A DNA stretch of 64,000 nt from Podarcis cretensis (lineage: Eukaryota), in assembly GCA_951804945.1 (NCBI GenBank), contig OX638159.1, forward strand, positions 16,368,001 through 16,432,000. The letters are read 5' to 3'. Below the pieces are notes generated by a model, which worked only from the letters and a program-made list of their open reading frames with translations, had not been told where the DNA came from and searched no databases. The position numbers and the translations under genes were made by a program. Positions 25,261 to 38,763 of this stretch are shown in pieces; within the stretch, counting starts at the first letter, position 1, and every line of letters starts with the position of its first letter.

Positions 25261-26100
25261 CAGTGGTACCTTGGTTCTCAAATGCCTTGGTTCTCAAACG
25301 CCTTGGTTCCCAAACTCCGAAAACCCTGAAGTGTTCCAGTTTTCAAATGTTTTTCAGAAGTTGAAGATCCGATGCGGTTGTTGGCTATTGTTTCCGGGGT
25401 GCCTGCACCAATCAGAAGCTGCGCCTTGGTTTTCGAACATTTCAGAAGTCAAACAGACTTCCGGAACGGATTAAGTTTGGCGCTTTTGTTTTTGCTATTT
25501 ATTTTGTTGGGTTTTTTTGTTTTTGAGGCTTTTTCAGTTAATTTGTTTTTGTGACTGTGTGGAACCCAGTTCAGCTACTGATTGACTATGTGACTGAGGA
25601 AATTGATAAAAGCCCCCCATCCAAACCATGACTATCATCAGTGCAGGTAAGAAAAAAATATTTTTAATTTTTATCATCTACAATACTGTCTTATTTATTT
25701 TATAGTACAGTACACGGCATTTCCATGCACTGCTCTGGTTCGCCAGAAGCAGCTTAGTCATGCTGGCCACATGACCCGGAAGCTGTCTGCGGACAAACGC
25801 CAGCTCCCTCGGCCTATAGAGCGAGATGACCACACAACCCGAGTCATCCGTGACTGGACCTAACAGTCAGGGGTACCTTTACCTTTACAATTATTCTTGC
25901 TTTCATTTTATGGATCAATGGTCTCGTTAGATAGTAAAGTTCATGTTAAATTGCTATTTTAGGGGTTGTTTTTAAAAATCTGGAACGGATTAATCCATTT
26001 TGCATTACTTTCTTTGGGAATGCACGCCTTGGTTTTGGAACGCTTTGGTTTTGGAACAGACTTCTGGAACGGATTAAGTATGAGAACCAAGGTACCACTG
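25261..26100. mobile_element. pogo-like MITE (long subtype) containing a Sauria SINE fragment
   Basis: CAGTGGTACCTTGG / CCAAGGTACCACTG TIRs with TA flanks. Confidence 0.9.
25714..25888 (+). mobile_element. 5'-truncated Sauria SINE nested in the MITE
   Basis: CATGCTGGCCACATGACCCGGAAG core and ACCTTTACCTTTAC tail inserted after TAGTACAGTAC of the MITE. Confidence 0.85.
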
Positions 26101-28399
26101 TATAAGAAGAATAAAAGGCAGCAGTAGTCGGGCAGTGGCTTCAACTAGTCACCCTTTGGTTAGTTTCTAGTTGAAAGGATATTTGAGCCAAATATAATCA
26201 TTTGAAACATCCACAAGAAGTTGCAATTTTCTTCAATACCAACTATTGCCAGTGAAAACAAAATAAACCACTCTTTTTTTATTTACAAGACCAACATGAA
26301 AAGTTGGCACTAGAAAAAAGGAAACAAATAATAAATGTTATTATCTATGTGTTCATTCTAGATGTTTTCTGCTTCTTTTGCTACTATCAGTGCACATGGG
26401 CACATACAGCTGGAGAAAGTTTATTCCCCAGGGAAGCTCATTATCCAAATCAAGTATGTGCAGTGAGATGACAACATTTGGAGTCATCTCAGTCCATCCC
26501 AGGGAGCAGGACAGAAAGACAAGCCAGAGGCCAGCAACAAAAGTTCCATGTACACCCAGGAAATAAAGTGAGTTTTGTTTTATTTTTTGAAATGGCAAGC
26601 TGATGGAAGCATCAGGGAGGATGGACCTTGAGAATAATCCCTTTATTGTCATGTCACTCTCAAGGCCAATGTTCATGGAATCTCAGACATTCATCTCCAT
26701 CCCTTCCTCTGCAGGAAGAGACCACATTTTTGTTCCCTTTTGCCTGAGAAAGCCACTTTCCACTTTTAATCTTGCACACAAGGATCTTCCTGGCTGACTG
26801 ACAGCTGAAGAAATAATCAGTGGCTCTTCTAATCCTGGCACCAGAGATGCTAGACAGGAACTTACAACTGCCAACTGGAGCTGTCGGTCGAAGAGTTATG
26901 CATCCATCAGCATTGGCACTTACAACGAAAAGGAATTCAGAGGGTGAATTAAAATACAGCCTTTTCAATTACTATCAAATCTTCTTGTTGAAGTCAAGAC
27001 AAACAGACGTGCAAGCCCCTAAGACACCTGCACAGGAAGGTCTACTATGGACTGAAGTTTGGATTAATGTAGCAGTAACCAATTGGTGTCACTCCATCAG
27101 GCACAATGCTTTTTGGGCTCCATAAAGAAATGACCCTACAGCTATATGAAAGCATAATGATAACTCCAACACAATAATGTTAGACCTGTTTTTCTGTCTC
27201 CTTTTCTGTTTTCACTTAAGAATCTCAACTATGTGCTGAGAATCTTTTTTTAAAAAAATGTTGGCTACAATCCTATAATAAAGACTTAATTGTAGCAAGC
27301 CTCTTTAGAACTGAACATTTATATGACTACTAGCTTTAAAAAAAGTATACCAAACTAAATGTATTCTAGAATTACTTTCAAAGATGGGAAGCACTGACGA
27401 TTAAGTGCTCTGTGATACTTCCTTTGCTACCTGAGTTCAAACAACTGCTGTCATCCAGTATATAATCCAAACAATACATTTTATCTGAATTCTATTAGGT
27501 ATTAGCAGTTGTAATTGAATCCCTAATTAACACATACTTTTCAGCTCTGCAAAGTTATTATTCTTTTCAGATATTAGTGCCTGTACTGCAATGATACACT
27601 ACATTAGCCCTTAAACCAAAGAAGATATTGGACATGAAAAATAAAATTTTTTGACAACAAAACGCTTCTCTTTCCAAAGCTCCATCAGGGTTCACACATG
27701 AGCTTCATTTTCTCTTACATGTTAGAGGCAACTCCAAACATGCAAATCACATTACTTTGTGTGCACTGGTGCTCTCAGACATGGAAAAGTCTGTCTGAAG
27801 AGGTTATCTGTGTGAAAGATATAGACTATTCTGCTAAGACAGAGGTCAACCTGCTTACCAGATGTTAATGTGCAACTACTGAAAGCCAACTTCTTATTAT
27901 CTGGCCATTACTGGAATCATTTGAAAAATAAATATTTGGAATTGCCAGCTGACCTTGTGGGGCAGTAAAGTGAGAAGGGTAAAGATTGTCATTTACAAGA
28001 AACAATTGGAAAGCAATGATGGAGGCTGAGGGCATTTAGCAGAACCACACAAATATCAGTACTGCAACTACTATCTATTCTATTTCTTACCTGCCCTTTA
28101 TCTTACAGTCGCAAGGCAGGTTCAACAATTTGAAATCAAATTTTAAAAACAGTTTAAAACAAATTATAATCATAGTAATAGGGTGGGTCCTGAAGAAGTA
28201 TATCTCAGGTATCGAATGCCAGGGCAAAGTGGTACAGCTTTAAAATACAATGGAAATTTTACAATGAAGATGCCAGGCATAGCTATGTGGGAAGGGAATT
28301 CCGCCATCTAGTAGCTGCCACAGAAAATGCCCTCTCCCAAACCACACAAACACTGAACTTATTAGAGCAGTGGAGCTACCAAGATGGCTCCCTCAAGAT

Positions 28400-28783
28400 G
28401 GGACACAGGTGGCACTGTAGTCTAAACAACTGAGCCTCTTGGGCTTGCCGATCAGCAGGTCGGCAGTTGGAATTCCCGCAACGGGGTGAGCTCCCGTTGC
28501 TGTGTCTCAGCTCCTGCCAACCTAGCAGTTCGAATGCATGCCAGTGCAAGTAGATAAATAGGTACTGCTGCGGTGGGAAGGGAAACAGCGTTTTCATGCG
28601 CTCTGGTTTCTGTCACGGTGTCCCATTGCTCCAGAAGCAGTTCAGTCATGCTGGCCACATGACCCAGAAAGCTGTCTGTGGACCAACGCCGGCTCCCTCA
28701 GCCTGAAAGCGAGAGAAGCGCCGCACCCCATAGTTGCCTTTGACTGGACCTAACCGTCCAGGGGTCCTTTACCTTTTTTACCT
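28400..28783 (+). mobile_element. Sauria SINE
   Basis: GGGACACAGGTGGCACTGTAGTCTAAAC head, conserved core and CCTTTACC tail; sits inside an older L2-like fragment (~28075-28910). Confidence 0.9.
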
Positions 28784-29053
28784 CCCTCTGCTGATGTGTA
28801 CCCTGAGAGTATATGTAGGGAAGGTGGTGTTCCCCCCCAGATATTTGGGGCATAAGTCGTTTAATGACTTTGAACACTAATGTGAGTGTATTGAATTGGG
28901 CTTGGAAACAAACTAAGAGCCTCTGGACTCCTGTTCTCAGAGATCAGATAGTCACGGGAAACACTAATACACTTCTCCAAGAGTTGCACACATAGAACTG
29001 AAATCTTGATTACTTAAGCAAATTCTAATGTGATAGTAGCAAAAATCTGTTTA

Positions 29054-29212
<159 letters not shown>

Positions 29213-30410
29213 CTATGGATAATTAGGGATATTGCTGACCTATAAATCAACCCTCCTTTTCCTTTGTTAATTAAGTATTCCTTCCACTAATTCTATATTG
29301 GACTCTTCAACTATTTCAAAAAATATCCTAAGACTTTCAGATACAAACATAAACAAGCTGAATAATTATTAGAACTCAAGCCTGCAATGCATACTTCATA
29401 TGTGGGAAACTGGATTGATCAGACATAGCCAATCTATCCCAGAGGTAGTCAATACCCTCCATATGTTGTTGGACTCCATCTCCCACAAGACTCCATCATC
29501 ATGGCCAAAGGTTTAGGATGATGAAAGCTGCAATCCAACATCATCTGGAGAATACCACATTCGCTACCCCTTAGGGGGATAGATTTGAGTGTCCAGCACA
29601 GGGTTAAAACAGCAGAATTTGTGTACTTATACCCACTGATTTAATGAAGCTGAACTCAAAGAGGAATTTATTTATTTCAGAATTTAGTGACTGCTCTACA
29701 TTCAAGGAATACCTGAGTGGTGTAGAGAAAGAAAGAAAAACCATTAATCCTATCATTATTAAGAACAGATATAAAATACAGTAATTTGGGGAGGCTTAGC
29801 AGAAAATGAAGTGAGAATTCCAGGGAACTGGGGCCACCATGAGAAAAACACATGCCAGAGTCACAGCATACGTTATTGCAGTGGCTCATGGCACCATCAG
29901 TACAAGCATAAAATCTGAAGTGGCCTCATTTCTCTACTGTTCAAGAAGCATTGAAAATGACCACCTTCTATGGTTATATCCCGTATAACAAGATCCATCA
30001 AAATATATGGCAGGCGTGCTACAGAACTGCTTGATCAATTCCTATTTTCAGATAGTAAAAACTGAGTAAGTCACTGCATCAACATTACAAGTCTCTCTGT
30101 AATTCTCTAAAGAAAGGGAACATATTTTCACACTAGTGCCTCACACAATCTTCCACAGCCCAATAATCCTTTGTAACATACAGTGATCACTTGAGAGGAT
30201 TATCCACCTCATAGTCTTACTATGGATAACTTATACCCAGAAGCACACACATGCCGGCATGCAAACTATGGTTGCACTCATACGATCTCATTTGTGCTTG
30301 ATATAAATTATTCTAGACTCTTTTTAACGTGAAACAATCATTAATCACCTACAAAGGATTATTCTAGCAAAGCAATATAAGAACATAGTTTATTGTTTAT
30401 AAGCGAATCA

Positions 30411-30608
<198 letters not shown>

Positions 30609-31317
30609 TTACTAACATTTCAGAGATATTATCTGTGCAAGTGAACACTCACCATGTTTCAGACAAAACAAATCAATTAGTCTTTAAGTTGTTCTACATC
30701 AAATACTATCTGCTTACTATAGTTACATCTTTGATCGCAGAAAAGTATTGTAAACTATGATGAGCGGCAAACTTTTTTCTTTGGTGCAGACCTGAATGCA
30801 TATATTCATCTAATGTTTTGTCGCAGCCCAGAAAGTAAGTGCCTGTTTTCAGCCAGCATCTACTAAAGGAGTTTTCCACTTTTTAAGGCAATGTTTTCTT
30901 CCACCTTCTACCATTTGTGTTCAGAGGTGTCCCACAGATAAAGGAGGGCAACACAGCAAACATTAGAAATGGATTGTGAACCAGAATGCTTTTCTGCACT
31001 ATTGTTGATAGTTAACATTTTAATAAAATTTCCATTAATATAGCAGATGTGGTGCTACAGTTGGATGATCCATACAAATATTCTTACTGTGAAAATGATG
31101 ACCACAAAATGTGGGGAAATGTGATTTGCACCTAGAAAAGCAATCTCGACACTTAGATTTGAATACGTGAGAATTGAAATCCTGCTTCCTTAATTCCAAA
31201 TCTATAGCAGATTCAGTATGTGGAGCTCATGTGAATAAACTTGTTTTGTTTTTTAAAAAGTAAGTGAATGAATACCCCTCAAAAATATATATGAAAAGTC
31301 TAAATACAGTAACAGTA

Positions 31318-31692
31318 TAAAGGTAAGTAAAGGTAAAGGTAAAGGTACCCCTGCCCGTACGGGCCAGTCTTGACAGACTCTGGGGTTGTGCGCCCATCTC
31401 ACTTAAGAGGCCAGGGGCCAGCGCTGTCCGGAGACACTTCCGGGTCACGTGGCCAGCGTGACATCGCTGCTCTGGCGAGCCAGAGCCGCACACGGAAACG
31501 CCGTTTACCTTCCCGCTGGTAAGCGGTCCCTATTTATCTACTTGCACCCGGAGGTGCTTTCGAACTGCTAGGTTGGCAGGCGCTGGGACCGAGCAGCGGG
31601 AGCGCACCCCGCCGCAGGGATTTGAACCGCCGACCTTTCGATCGGCAAGCCCTAGGCGCTGAGGCTTTAACCCACAGCGCCACCTGCGTCCC
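31318..31692 (-). mobile_element. Sauria SINE, young CpG-rich full-length copy
   Basis: Head GGGACGCAGGTGGCGCTGTGGGTTAAAGCC, CpGs largely intact, (ACCTTT)n tail. Confidence 0.92.
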
Positions 31693-32791
31693 TAAAGGTA
31701 TATAGGTATAAAGGTAAACCGTATAAATACAGTATAAAGGTTCCTTGGTGAACACCTACATGAATTACACAGGCCAGCTGTTTCTGTTTATCACTTCCAA
31801 AGAAAAAAGTGTAATTTCACTAAGGTGTCTCATGCTCCTATGCTAACCTACTATAAAATAAGTCCCAGTGAGTTTCATAGGACTGTACACACCGGTGTGC
31901 TGCGTAAGCCTGGTGTTCTGCTCATTCTTAATTCACTTAGAGGCTAGTATCTCATTCCTTTCCCCTACATTCACAATTTAGTTGGAATTATCCTATAGGA
32001 TTGCCAAAGATTCAAGCAGCAACAAGTAATTTGTTGACTACCATCTATCCCAGTGCAACTGCTAGTGGTATGGTAACTTTCCAGATAGTGGTTTATATGT
32101 TCTTCCCTCTTGCCACACCCCTGAATATTGGAAGAAGAATGAAAGAATACTATATTTAGAAATAATCACCAGTCAAACAAATGATGGTTTCTACTAGTTT
32201 TAGGGGCAAGATTCAGACTTTGTTATGCTTAGAGAAGACCTTTTGAAATCTATGAGACTTAAGTTTAGGCAAACCTACGGTAAATCCCATTGATTTCAGT
32301 AGGTCTACTCTAAGCACAACTAACACTGGATCCAACAACATGCAATCAATGCTTCAGATGTTTACATGAAAAGACACAAAAAATTAAAGGCTACAAAATG
32401 AGTAAAAACAGCATCTGAATTTGCTTTTGCAAGCTTGGTATGGTGCTAAATGTGCACCCACAGCCCTTCAACTCTTTGTATGCATGAGAACTCCAGTGGA
32501 TATGCTCCTCCTGTATATGTAATTCCTTCATTCATTTAAGCAAAGGAGACAGATCTGTGAACACATCCCTTAGCATGCACAGAGCTGCCGGTGGAAGACA
32601 CACTGCACTGAAATTATAGCTGTATTTTCCTCCCATGTGAAAATAATTAAACCAACAAGTTTTAAGGTAGATTTTAAAAGCTTCATAATTACACCTGGAT
32701 GGCTTCCAATAGGGCTAATTTGAATATGCACATTCTCCCACAGAGTTAATTGGATTAAAGGTATCCATTTATAGTGTGTCTGGTATTTATA

Positions 32792-33016
32792 CAGTGGTAC
32801 CTTGGGTTACGAACTTAATTCGTTCCGGAGGTCCGTTCTTAACCCGAAACCGTTCTTAACCTGAGGCATGCTTTCGCTAATGGGGCCTCCTGCTGCCACA
32901 GCGTTGCCAGTGTGTGATTTCCATTCTCACCCTGGGGCAAAGTTTTCAACCCAAGGTACTACTTCCGGGTTAGTGGAATTTGTAACCCAAAGTGTTTGTA
33001 ATCCAAGGTACCACTG
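32792..33016. mobile_element. pogo-like MITE (~240 bp subtype), inverted relative to the copies at 13819 and 16701
   Basis: CAGTGGTACC / GGTACCACTG TIRs; internal sequence is the reverse complement of the intron-5 copies. Confidence 0.87.
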
Positions 33017-33064
33017 TTATGGTTTTTATTTCCCATTCCAGGCATGGATATATTTTAAAGTAGA

Positions 33065-33065
<1 letters not shown>

Positions 33066-33097
<32 letters not shown>
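33066..33097. repeat. (TG)16 microsatellite
   Basis: Direct reading. Confidence 0.95.
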
Positions 33098-33098
<1 letters not shown>

Positions 33099-33231
33099 CT
33101 CAGTGATGCATTTTTTCTATATAGCTGCTTTGGGATATAGAGCACAGATCCGTTTTCATACATGCAGTATGCACTTTAAATAAACATAAACATGGACATA
33201 AACTACAAGCAAAATAGCTCTTAAATGTTAC

Positions 33232-33347
33232 CTCTCCCAATGGCTACAGACATTTGGATCCTCAAGATTTAGGGATAAAGTTGTGGTCACCCAGTGGTAC
33301 AAAAGTATGAGAGGGAAGTGAACAAACCAGTCCAAATAAAGAACCAT
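33232..33347 (-). CDS. MEGF10: MEGF10 first coding exon (116 coding bp; the exon extends to 33365 with 18 nt of 5' UTR)
   Basis: tcttttttcacacag acceptor, Kozak [45 protein letters not shown](S) (signal peptide plus the conserved [14 protein letters not shown]), gtaaca donor. Confidence 0.95.
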
Positions 33348-33786
33348 CTTTTTCACAGAATAGCCCTGTGTGAAAAAAGAAAACAATTGCTAGTATTACT
33401 GTTAGGAACTTGTTACAACCAAGTCCAACTTTGCATTGATGGAGGATGAAGCAACCTGTTTCAGATGGGACTATAGGAGTGGATATATGAAAATAAGAAC
33501 TGGTGTCTGAATGGTGGAAAGCACAATAAACTTGGCACAGGTGTATCATTGTATAAGTGGAGAAGAACTCATACTTCCAGTGACATGAAGGAGTTGAGAA
33601 TTGCATTTTAATATCTTCTTCAGCAAGGTAGGGGATGCAGTTCTCGGATGCAACAGACTAGATCACACAGGTCACTTTTGTTTATTTAATATGCAGTGCA
33701 GTCATAGCACGCCTACTCAAAAGTAGGTCCCACTGAGTTAAGTGGCGCTTACTTCCAGCTAGTGAGCATAATTACTATTAATAATT

Positions 33787-34190
33787 AATTTAATTTGTAT
33801 ACTGCCCTATACCCACAGGTCTCAGGGCTGTTCACAACATAAAATCACACTATAAAAACACAAAATACATAACAAAAACAAAAACAAAAACAACCCAATT
33901 ATCCCCCCTTCCACAACACATTTTAAAAGGGCATTGGATGTCAATCAGCCAAAGGCCTGGTTAAAGAGGAACGTTTTCGCTTGGCACCTAAAGGTGTATA
34001 ATGAAGATGCCAGCAGATTCTCCCTGGGGAGAGCATTCCACAAATGGAGAACCACTGAAGAAAAGATACATTGCCACCCTCTGGACTTATCATGGAGAGG
34101 CACACAAAGAAGGGCCTCAGAAGATGTTCTCAGGGTCCAGGTAGGTTCATATGGAGAAAGGCGGTCCTTGAGGTATTGCAGTCCTGAGCT
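33787..34190 (-). mobile_element. Older L2-like LINE 3' fragment
   Basis: Degenerate similarity to the other L2/CR1-group 3' ends (AAAGGCCTGGTTAAAGAGGAACGTTTTCGCTTGGCACC; GGGAGAGCATTCCAC). Confidence 0.65.
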
Positions 34191-34852
34191 GTGTACATAC
34201 CCTCCAACATTTATCTGAAAAAAATAGGTACGTCCTATTCCATAATAATAATTTTACTATTTATATCCGGCCCATCTGACTGGGTTGCACCAGCCACTCT
34301 GGGAGGCTTCCAATATATAGAAAAACATAATAAAACATTAAACATTAAAAAACTTCCCTATACAGGGCTGCTTTTAGATGGCTCAAGGGTCGGATAATTC
34401 CATATCCTGAAACATTTCTCTGATGAAAATAGGGACATCCTACCATACCCTCAACATTTCTCCAATGAAATTAGGGACATCCTGAGGAAAAGGGTCAAAT
34501 CAGAAACCGGGACAGCTTCTCTAAATTCAGGGACATCCCTGGAAAATAGGGACGCTTGGAGGGTTTGTAAATACAGGGCTGCAGCCTCAATCAACTTTCC
34601 ACTGACTATTTATAAATGGGTTTCCTTCACTGCTCTAATTCTGCTTCTAGGGACATAATCAACAGAACTCGAAGAGTAGGGGGAGAGGTACTAAAACAAT
34701 GACAGTGAATGGCCTTTAAGACGCATTTGTTTCCAACAAGCCATAGATCACTGGTAAATATTTGCTTGTGCATGGGATGTGACTCTGCTCTTAAAAGTTT
34801 GTGTTTATTGCACAAGACACCAGTGTAGGCACAGCAAGCAAGACTGCTGCCT

Positions 34853-35032
34853 AGGAACATAGAAAGCCACCTTAAAACAAGCCACACCACTGGTCCATCT
34901 AGCTCAGTACTGTCAACACTGACTAACAGCAGCTCTCTGGGATTTTAGACAGACAAAATTCCTATCTAGAGATGCCAGGTACTGAAATGGGGATCTTCTG
35001 CATTCAAAGCAAACATTCTGCTGTCGAGCTGC
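34853..35032 (-). mobile_element. tRNA-derived SINE with CR1-like tail (degenerate)
   Basis: Reverse strand shows a degenerate A/B-box head and a CTTTCTATGTTCCT tail; a related tail lies at ~52270-52412. Confidence 0.6.
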
Positions 35033-35811
35033 AAATATCCTGTAAGCAGCAATATCCATTCTAGATTTGCTTCCATTATCAGAGGAAAAACCAGCATAAG
35101 ACTGGGCTGAGCTAAATTGCATTCATGGGTTTCTGCACTTCTCAGCTACACAAGCCCTTTGTTCTATGCATGTCAAGATTTGAAAGCTCCTTAAGTAGCA
35201 TTAATACTGTGGTAGTCAATGAGCTATATTAACCAGGAATGAAAAGTTGTGCAGTTGCAGTTTAATTTCCAATGAAGCAGTGATTTCCCTTATCAAAGCA
35301 GATTATGCAGGTAAATTGTATTTCCTTTTCTTAAAATGTCAATAAATTTCCTACTGAATGCCTCTAACAAAAAAGATTAATGTAAAAAAGAAGACTCAAC
35401 TATTTGCATGAACCCCCTAGTGTACAACTTGATTGCATCCTAGTTCTTTTGCTTAATTATTAAGGAAAATCAAAACAGAAAATCAGTACAACTGATTAGC
35501 ATTGCTAAAGTGTTTATATTAGCAAAAAAAAATGTAGAAGATTTAACTCTATCTACAGTATGCAGAAATACATTTCTAAATGATAAATTAATATAAAGGT
35601 CTCAAGGATTCCTCATAACTGGATGAACAACACTGACAACACAAACTATAAAGGGGTTGAAAGTTTCATATGTCAGTTATATTGTTTATAAAGAACATTT
35701 TTAAAAAGATACCCAGTGACCACTTTTCAAGGCCCCCAGATGGAAGATTACATAAGTGAGTGTCACAGTAGAAATGACATGTCAAGGTAAATGCTGATAC
35801 TTATTGGGAGC

Positions 35812-36080
35812 TCTGAGCTCCTGCCAACCTAACAATTAGAAAGCATACCAGCACAAATAGATAAATAGGTATTGATGCAGTGGAAAGGAAAATGGCGTTT
35901 CTGTGTGCTCTACCTTCCATCAGTGTTTAATTGCGCCAGAAGTGGTTTAGTCATGCGGGCCACATGACCTGGAAAAGTCTGCGGACAAACGCCAGCTCCC
36001 TCAGCCTGAAAGAGGAGATGAGCGCCACACCCCATAGTCGAATTCATCTGGACTTAACCATTCAGGGGTCCTTCACCTTA
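35812..36080 (+). mobile_element. Sauria SINE, 5'-truncated and degenerate
   Basis: AGCTCCTGCCAACCTA...CATGCGGGCCACATGACC...GGGGTCCTTCACCTT. Confidence 0.8.
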
Positions 36081-37717
36081 TAAAAGGTATTGGGTAGAAT
36101 CCAATGTTAGTTCTACTCAGAGTAGACCTATTGAAAATTAATAGATGTGTCACCTGGGTCCATTAATTTCAATGAATCTACTATGAGTAAAACTTAGTTA
36201 GAGACAAACTACTGACTATCCCACTATAACTGGTGGAAAGATAGCATTGTTTGAGATTATGAGAAATAGTTGCAGTAGTAAAAAAAAAAAAAATTCTTTA
36301 ACAAATCTGGCAGTGGTAGATAGTTGCATAAAAGAGGACAGGATCTGAAATGAGATGGCACACTCTTGCATAATAATCAACAAAAAGGTAATGGGTGGGG
36401 GGTGGTTTTTATTCAAGGATACTAGCTTGGCACACTCTCACTAATCTCTTTCACTGAGGGATTTCTTAGTTTTCTTGGATTTGAATGAAACCTAGTGCAG
36501 ATATAACATATCCAGTCCCATAAGCAGGATTGAGATATTGTGAGTGAACTGTGGGCTTTCACACTCTTTGCCTCCCTCTTAAAGGTGAGTTTGCATTTTT
36601 TGAAATTCGTTTTTTTGAAAAGCATTGCATTCGCACCATTGTTAATATTAACCATGGTCAGCTTCAAACAAAAGTGCAATCAAGAACGTGAAGTGGATTT
36701 GTAAACACTAGTTAAAGTCTACCATTCTCCTAACTGTGGACAGGAACCCATGGGATTTGGCAGACACCTGAGGGCGTCGTAGTGTGGCATGTGGCAGCTA
36801 TCTGGATCCACCCAATATCAGAAAAGCAAAGAAATTACTGGTTTAGATTTTCCATTAGTATCCCTGGAAAATAAACCGTACAGTTAAAGAGACACCACAT
36901 ATTTCCATTAGGAAAGGAAATTATAGGACAGTAAAAACTTCTTTGGGCTGACCACTCCAGATCTCTTTCAAAATAAGAATCCCCCCCCAAAGAAAAAAGT
37001 AATTAGCAATGACAATTTATTCACATACCAGTCTACCTTTGTGATCACATATATACCTTTTTTAGCGCAATTTTAATATTTTCTTTGCTAATCATATATT
37101 GAAATGGTGCTCTGTTCTCAAAAGCACTTTGGAGAAGCTGAAATCCCAGTAGTGTGCTAAAGGACTTTATAAATGGGAGTGTGTTTCCATGATCCGCAGA
37201 GCCCAGCTATCATCTAAACAGCTGCACATCATATGACAGCTGCAAGAATAGCAGGTTTAAAGTTTTCATCCACTTAGAATGGTGATTATTCTACTCACAG
37301 AGCAGCCCACAAAATGAACGGCACTAAACTGGTTTGGAAAACAACAACAATGGGTTTGGGCTATTACAGACCCACTAGAACAGAGGTAGTCAACCTGGCA
37401 CCCTCCAGGTGTTGTTGTACTACAACATCCATCATCTCTGGCTTTTGGCCAGGCTGGCTAAGGCTGATGCAGGTTGTAGCCCCACAATATATGCAAGCCA
37501 CCTCACAGCTAGAACTGTATGAAATGGCATAAGCTGTTCTTCATACAGCTTTCTTTTTGTGCAATAAGGGTAGTGGAATAGTAAACAACTTTTACATCAG
37601 AATATTTGGCTGCTTGCTATGCAGCAACCACAGGTACTAAATACAAGAAAGGGAAAGCAAGAATATGTGGACTAGCCCTGCTCTCTTTGTGCCACACACA
37701 AGCTGGCATCATGTTCT

Positions 37718-37720
<3 letters not shown>

Positions 37721-37769
<49 letters not shown>

Positions 37770-38168
37770 GCCCACCCATCTGACTGGGTTGCCCTAGCCA
37801 CTCTGGGTGACTTAGCAACAAAATATAAAAACACAGTGAGACATCAAACATAAAAAAACTTCCTGATACAAGGCTGCCTTCAGATTTCTTCTAAAAGTTG
37901 TGTAGTTATTTATCTCCTTGACATCGGAAAGGAGGGTGTTCCACAGGGAGGGTGCCACTACGGAGAAGACCCTCTGCCTGGTTCCCTGTAACTTTACTTC
38001 TTGCAGTGAGGGAACCACCAGAAGGCCTACAGAGCTGGACCTAAGTGTCTGGGCTGAACGATGGAGGTGGAGGCGTTCCTTCAGGTACAGTGCTGAAGCT
38101 GTTTAGGGCTTTAAAGGTCAGCAGCAATACTTTGAATTGTGCTCGGAAATGTACTGGGAGCCAGTGTA
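37721..38168 (-). mobile_element. L2/CR1-group LINE 3' fragment with (TAT)n tail
   Basis: LHWLPVHFRAQFKVL and RVFSVVAPSLWN peptides on the minus strand; (AAT)n at 37721-37767. Confidence 0.87.
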
Positions 38169-38763
38169 GAATGCTCAGCATCATTCCCAAAGAAGGGTGG
38201 CTATGCAAGTTCAAAGCAAGACTACCCAAACACAGATATATGCACACACAGGGCTCCCTCCACGGGGATTAAGATCCCGGTCAGTGTTCTCACCCTCATG
38301 GTGGGGAATCTCGAGCCCATAAGCCAAAAACGGCCTTCCAGGGTTCTCCCTCTGGCCCTCCAGTTTATGCACCCTCTCCCCAGGCCAAACCCTTCATGGG
38401 TCCTTTTGCGTAGCTGGAATGAGTCCTTGAACTGTGATAATCACTCCAACCTGCTTGCCTAAATGGGAGGGATGCATGTCAAAGCATGTCTATAAACCCC
38501 TCTGGCTTTTGTATAGCTGCAATACTGTACAAATGCAGGAGTCACATCCATTTCTTTTCCCACCTTTGCTTCTGCCTCGCCAACATTCCCCACTGGAAAG
38601 TGGCCCTTGGAATGTTACTCTCCAGAGAATGTTGCCTTTGGGGCTGAAAAATGTTGCCCACACTTGATGTAGAGAACTCTATGTGCATACACCTGTACTT
38701 GCACACGTATCCTTCCAACTAAGGTAAAAAATGCAAAGACAGGGAACATGCCTAGGACACGCA

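Noticed and set aside
26353-27125. Cluster of overlapping 60-107 aa ORFs as a nested gene or retrocopy
   Set aside because: No recognisable domain, consistent frame, splice pair or poly(A)/TSD.
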